Position numbers and translations under genes: made by a program
Shown: positions 62,209-64,000 of the stretch, one piece after another
Layout: each line of letters starts with the position of its first letter
Numbering within the stretch: position 1 is the stretch's first letter
Notes under the pieces: model-generated
What the model was told of the DNA's origin: nothing
The model's database searches: none
The model's input: the letters and a program-made list of their open reading frames with translations, nothing else
Assembly: GCF_000142905.1 (NCBI RefSeq)
Contig: NW_013657651.1
Location: 124,001 to 188,000 of the forward strand
Origin: Thecamonas trahens ATCC 50062
Taxonomy: Eukaryota; Protista; Apusomonadida
Direction of reading: 5' to 3'
Length of the DNA: 64,000 nt

Positions 62209-64000
62209 CTATGACTCGGCCTCGCCCGGCCCACTCGCCATCTCCTCGTCGCTGGCATACGACGAGTACGAGCCTTCCTCGCCGACCGCCTCGCTGCCGT
62301 CAGGCCCGTCAGTCGTACCAGCCGGACTAGAGCTCGGCCCGGCTGCGCCAGGAGCCACCACATGCCGCGAGAGCGCCGATCCAGTGCCTGCAAACGCAGC
62401 TGCGTCGCCAAGCGGGTCAAACGAGCCCAGCATGAGCGCCGAGAGCCGCTTGAACGCCGCAGACTCGGACTTGCTCGTCCCGGTCAAGTGCGCGTCACCG
62501 CCCGACAGCAGCGCCTGCCGTGCGCCTGCTGCCGCCGCCGCTGACATCAGCGCCGGATTTCCGGCGCGCTGCTCGGGCGTGACCGGCGGCGGCGGCGGCG
62601 TAAACATCGCTTTGCCTGTCACAATCGAGACCGGCCGCATCTTGACCGTCTCGCACGCTCGAAGTTTGGCCACAAGCTCCTCCACAAGCTCGCGCGAGTT
62701 GCGCGGCGCTTTGCGGAAGACAGCTGTGATGTCATCCACAGGCATGGGGAACGTCTCCAGCGTCGACGACGCCGCCACGGCTTCGGCGAGCGCCTGTAGG
62801 CTCTCCACCGTCTCAAAGCCAGTGCCCGAGATCGAGAGCGCCCGCACGCTCCTGGAGAGCCGCAAAAATACGGCGGCTGCAAGCGCAACAGCCTCGCCGC
62901 CGCGGTTGCCGGCAATCGACACCGACTTGAGGCTCGCCACCAGCGCCGCACCCTCGAGCACTCGCTCCATGGCGTTGCCAAAGTGCGCCTTCTTCGACCC
63001 AACGAGCCAGAGTGTCTCCAGCGAGCATCCGGGCTCCGCCAGGACCTGGTAGAGGCTCTCAGCCACCGCAGCCCGCTGGGCGGCTTTGCGCGGCGCGACG
63101 CGGCAGAGCGAAAAGTGTCGCAGCCCGCTCGCGCTCCGCAGCGCGCCGAGGAGGCCTTGCAGCGCCTCGGCCGACAGGAGCACATCGTCCATGACCAGCC
63201 GCACCAGCGACGTCGAGTTGGCAAACGCCCGGCTCAGCGACGAACTCACCATGGCCGGCGTCTCCGACCCTCCCAGTCCTCCCACCTCCATCCGCGCAAG
63301 ATACAGCTTGAGTCCGCTGGCCTCGGGCCGCGCCAGATACGACGAGACCACCGACGAGAGCGCCACCGCAGACATCCGCGAGCCGGCCAGATTGAGATTG
63401 TCCACGCTCGAGAGTCGGAGCGCAGTTCCAGTCGAGAGCGAAATGCTGTCGCGGATCTCGACTTGGCCCAGAAACAGCGCCCGCAGCCCGCTCGCGCCCT
63501 TTTCCGCCGGCAGTGCATCGCTAAGTTCGCTCATCTCCACGTCGGCGTCGTTGAGCACCAGATTCTCAAGCATGCATGCCTTGCCAGATGTGAGCCATTG
63601 CGCCAGCGCATGACTGCCCTTCTTGCCGAGCCGGTTGCCACTCAGATTAAGATACCGCAGACTCGTCATCGCCACGCTAGTCGATGCACTGGTAAAGAGT
63701 GTGACAGCTCCGCGCGGCGTGATGCCACAATCGCGTATGTTGAGGACCTTGAGCCCCGACGCAACACGCAATCCCGGGAGGAGCTTGCGCACGCCCTTGT
63801 CCTTGAGCGCCATGCACGGAAGCGAGAGCTCGACCAGGGCCTGGCCCGGACGCGCCAGCAGGGCGTCCGACAGTGCCTTGGCCCCGCGCTTGACTTCGAC
63901 CGCATTGATGAACAGTGACGAGATCCGTCCGTTGGTCGTCATCACCTCGGCGAGCTCGCGCAGCAGTTGCGGCCGTGACGAATGCTCCGCCCGAATATGT
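62209..64000 (-). CDS. CARMIL-like leucine-rich repeat protein, 5'-partial
   Basis: RI-type LRRs (LKVLNIRDCGITPRG, LRYLNLSGNRLG, LKSVSIAGNRGG). C-cap TLETFPMPVDDI resembles CARMIL TLRFMPIPMYDA. Poly-Pro and acidic tail follow. Confidence 0.7.
   Translation of the reverse strand, partial: HIRAEHSSRPQLLRELAEVMTTNGRISSLFINAVEVKRGAKALSDALLARPGQALVELSLPCMALKDKGVRKLLPGLRVASGLKVLNIRDCGITPRGAVTLFTSASTSVAMTSLRYLNLSGNRLGKKGSHALAQWLTSGKACMLENLVLNDADVEMSELSDALPAEKGASGLRALFLGQVEIRDSISLSTGTALRLSSVDNLNLAGSRMSAVALSSVVSSYLARPEASGLKLYLARMEVGGLGGSETPAMVSSSLSRAFANSTSLVRLVMDDVLLSAEALQGLLGALRSASGLRHFSLCRVAPRKAAQRAAVAESLYQVLAEPGCSLETLWLVGSKKAHFGNAMERVLEGAALVASLKSVSIAGNRGGEAVALAAAVFLRLSRSVRALSISGTGFETVESLQALAEAVAASSTLETFPMPVDDITAVFRKAPRNSRELVEELVAKLRACETVKMRPVSIVTGKAMFTPPPPPVTPEQRAGNPALMSAAAAAGARQALLSGGDAHLTGTSKSESAAFKRLSALMLGSFDPLGDAAAFAGTGSALSRHVVAPGAAGPSSSPAGTTDGPDGSEAVGEEGSYSSYASDEEMASGPGEAES

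Overview
GC-rich, extremely gene-dense eukaryotic nuclear DNA with about 28 protein-coding genes, short GT-AG introns rich in poly-C/poly-G tracts, intergenic spacers often under 100 bp, and four N-gaps. Gene content and style fit a unicellular protist; an apusomonad such as Thecamonas is my guess, not something I verified. Recognisable genes: ankyrin+multipass TM protein, MED30-like, a 2,300-aa kinesin-like protein with degenerate nucleotide motifs, P4-ATPase, STRIP/FAM40, SRF-type MADS-box TF, NPSN-like Qb SNARE, ZNF830-like, ATG4, GHITM-like, a LIM/gelsolin/CPI actin regulator, a Kelch-RCC1-F-box-Arf fusion, an H2B-linker-H2A fusion, MED14, TBC RabGAP, SPRING1, a biotinyl+carboxyltransferase ending in a PTS1, a two-pore channel, a myristoylated EF-hand/ankyrin protein, an MFS transporter, DUF4476, a mitochondrial-type cold-shock protein, a tandem-FHA protein, CDC50 and a CARMIL-like LRR protein. 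The two most striking items are (1) a single-ORF H2B-H2A doublet histone with an HMG-box-like module in its linker and both monoubiquitination lysines lost, and (2) a Kelch/ankyrin-RCC1-F-box protein ending in an altered Arf GTPase. About 14 apparent frameshifts are each repaired by adding one base, almost always to a homopolymer run, which most likely reflects pyrosequencing undercalls. I recognised no rRNA, tRNA, CRISPR array or mobile element. All family assignments come from motif recognition by eye, not database searches.
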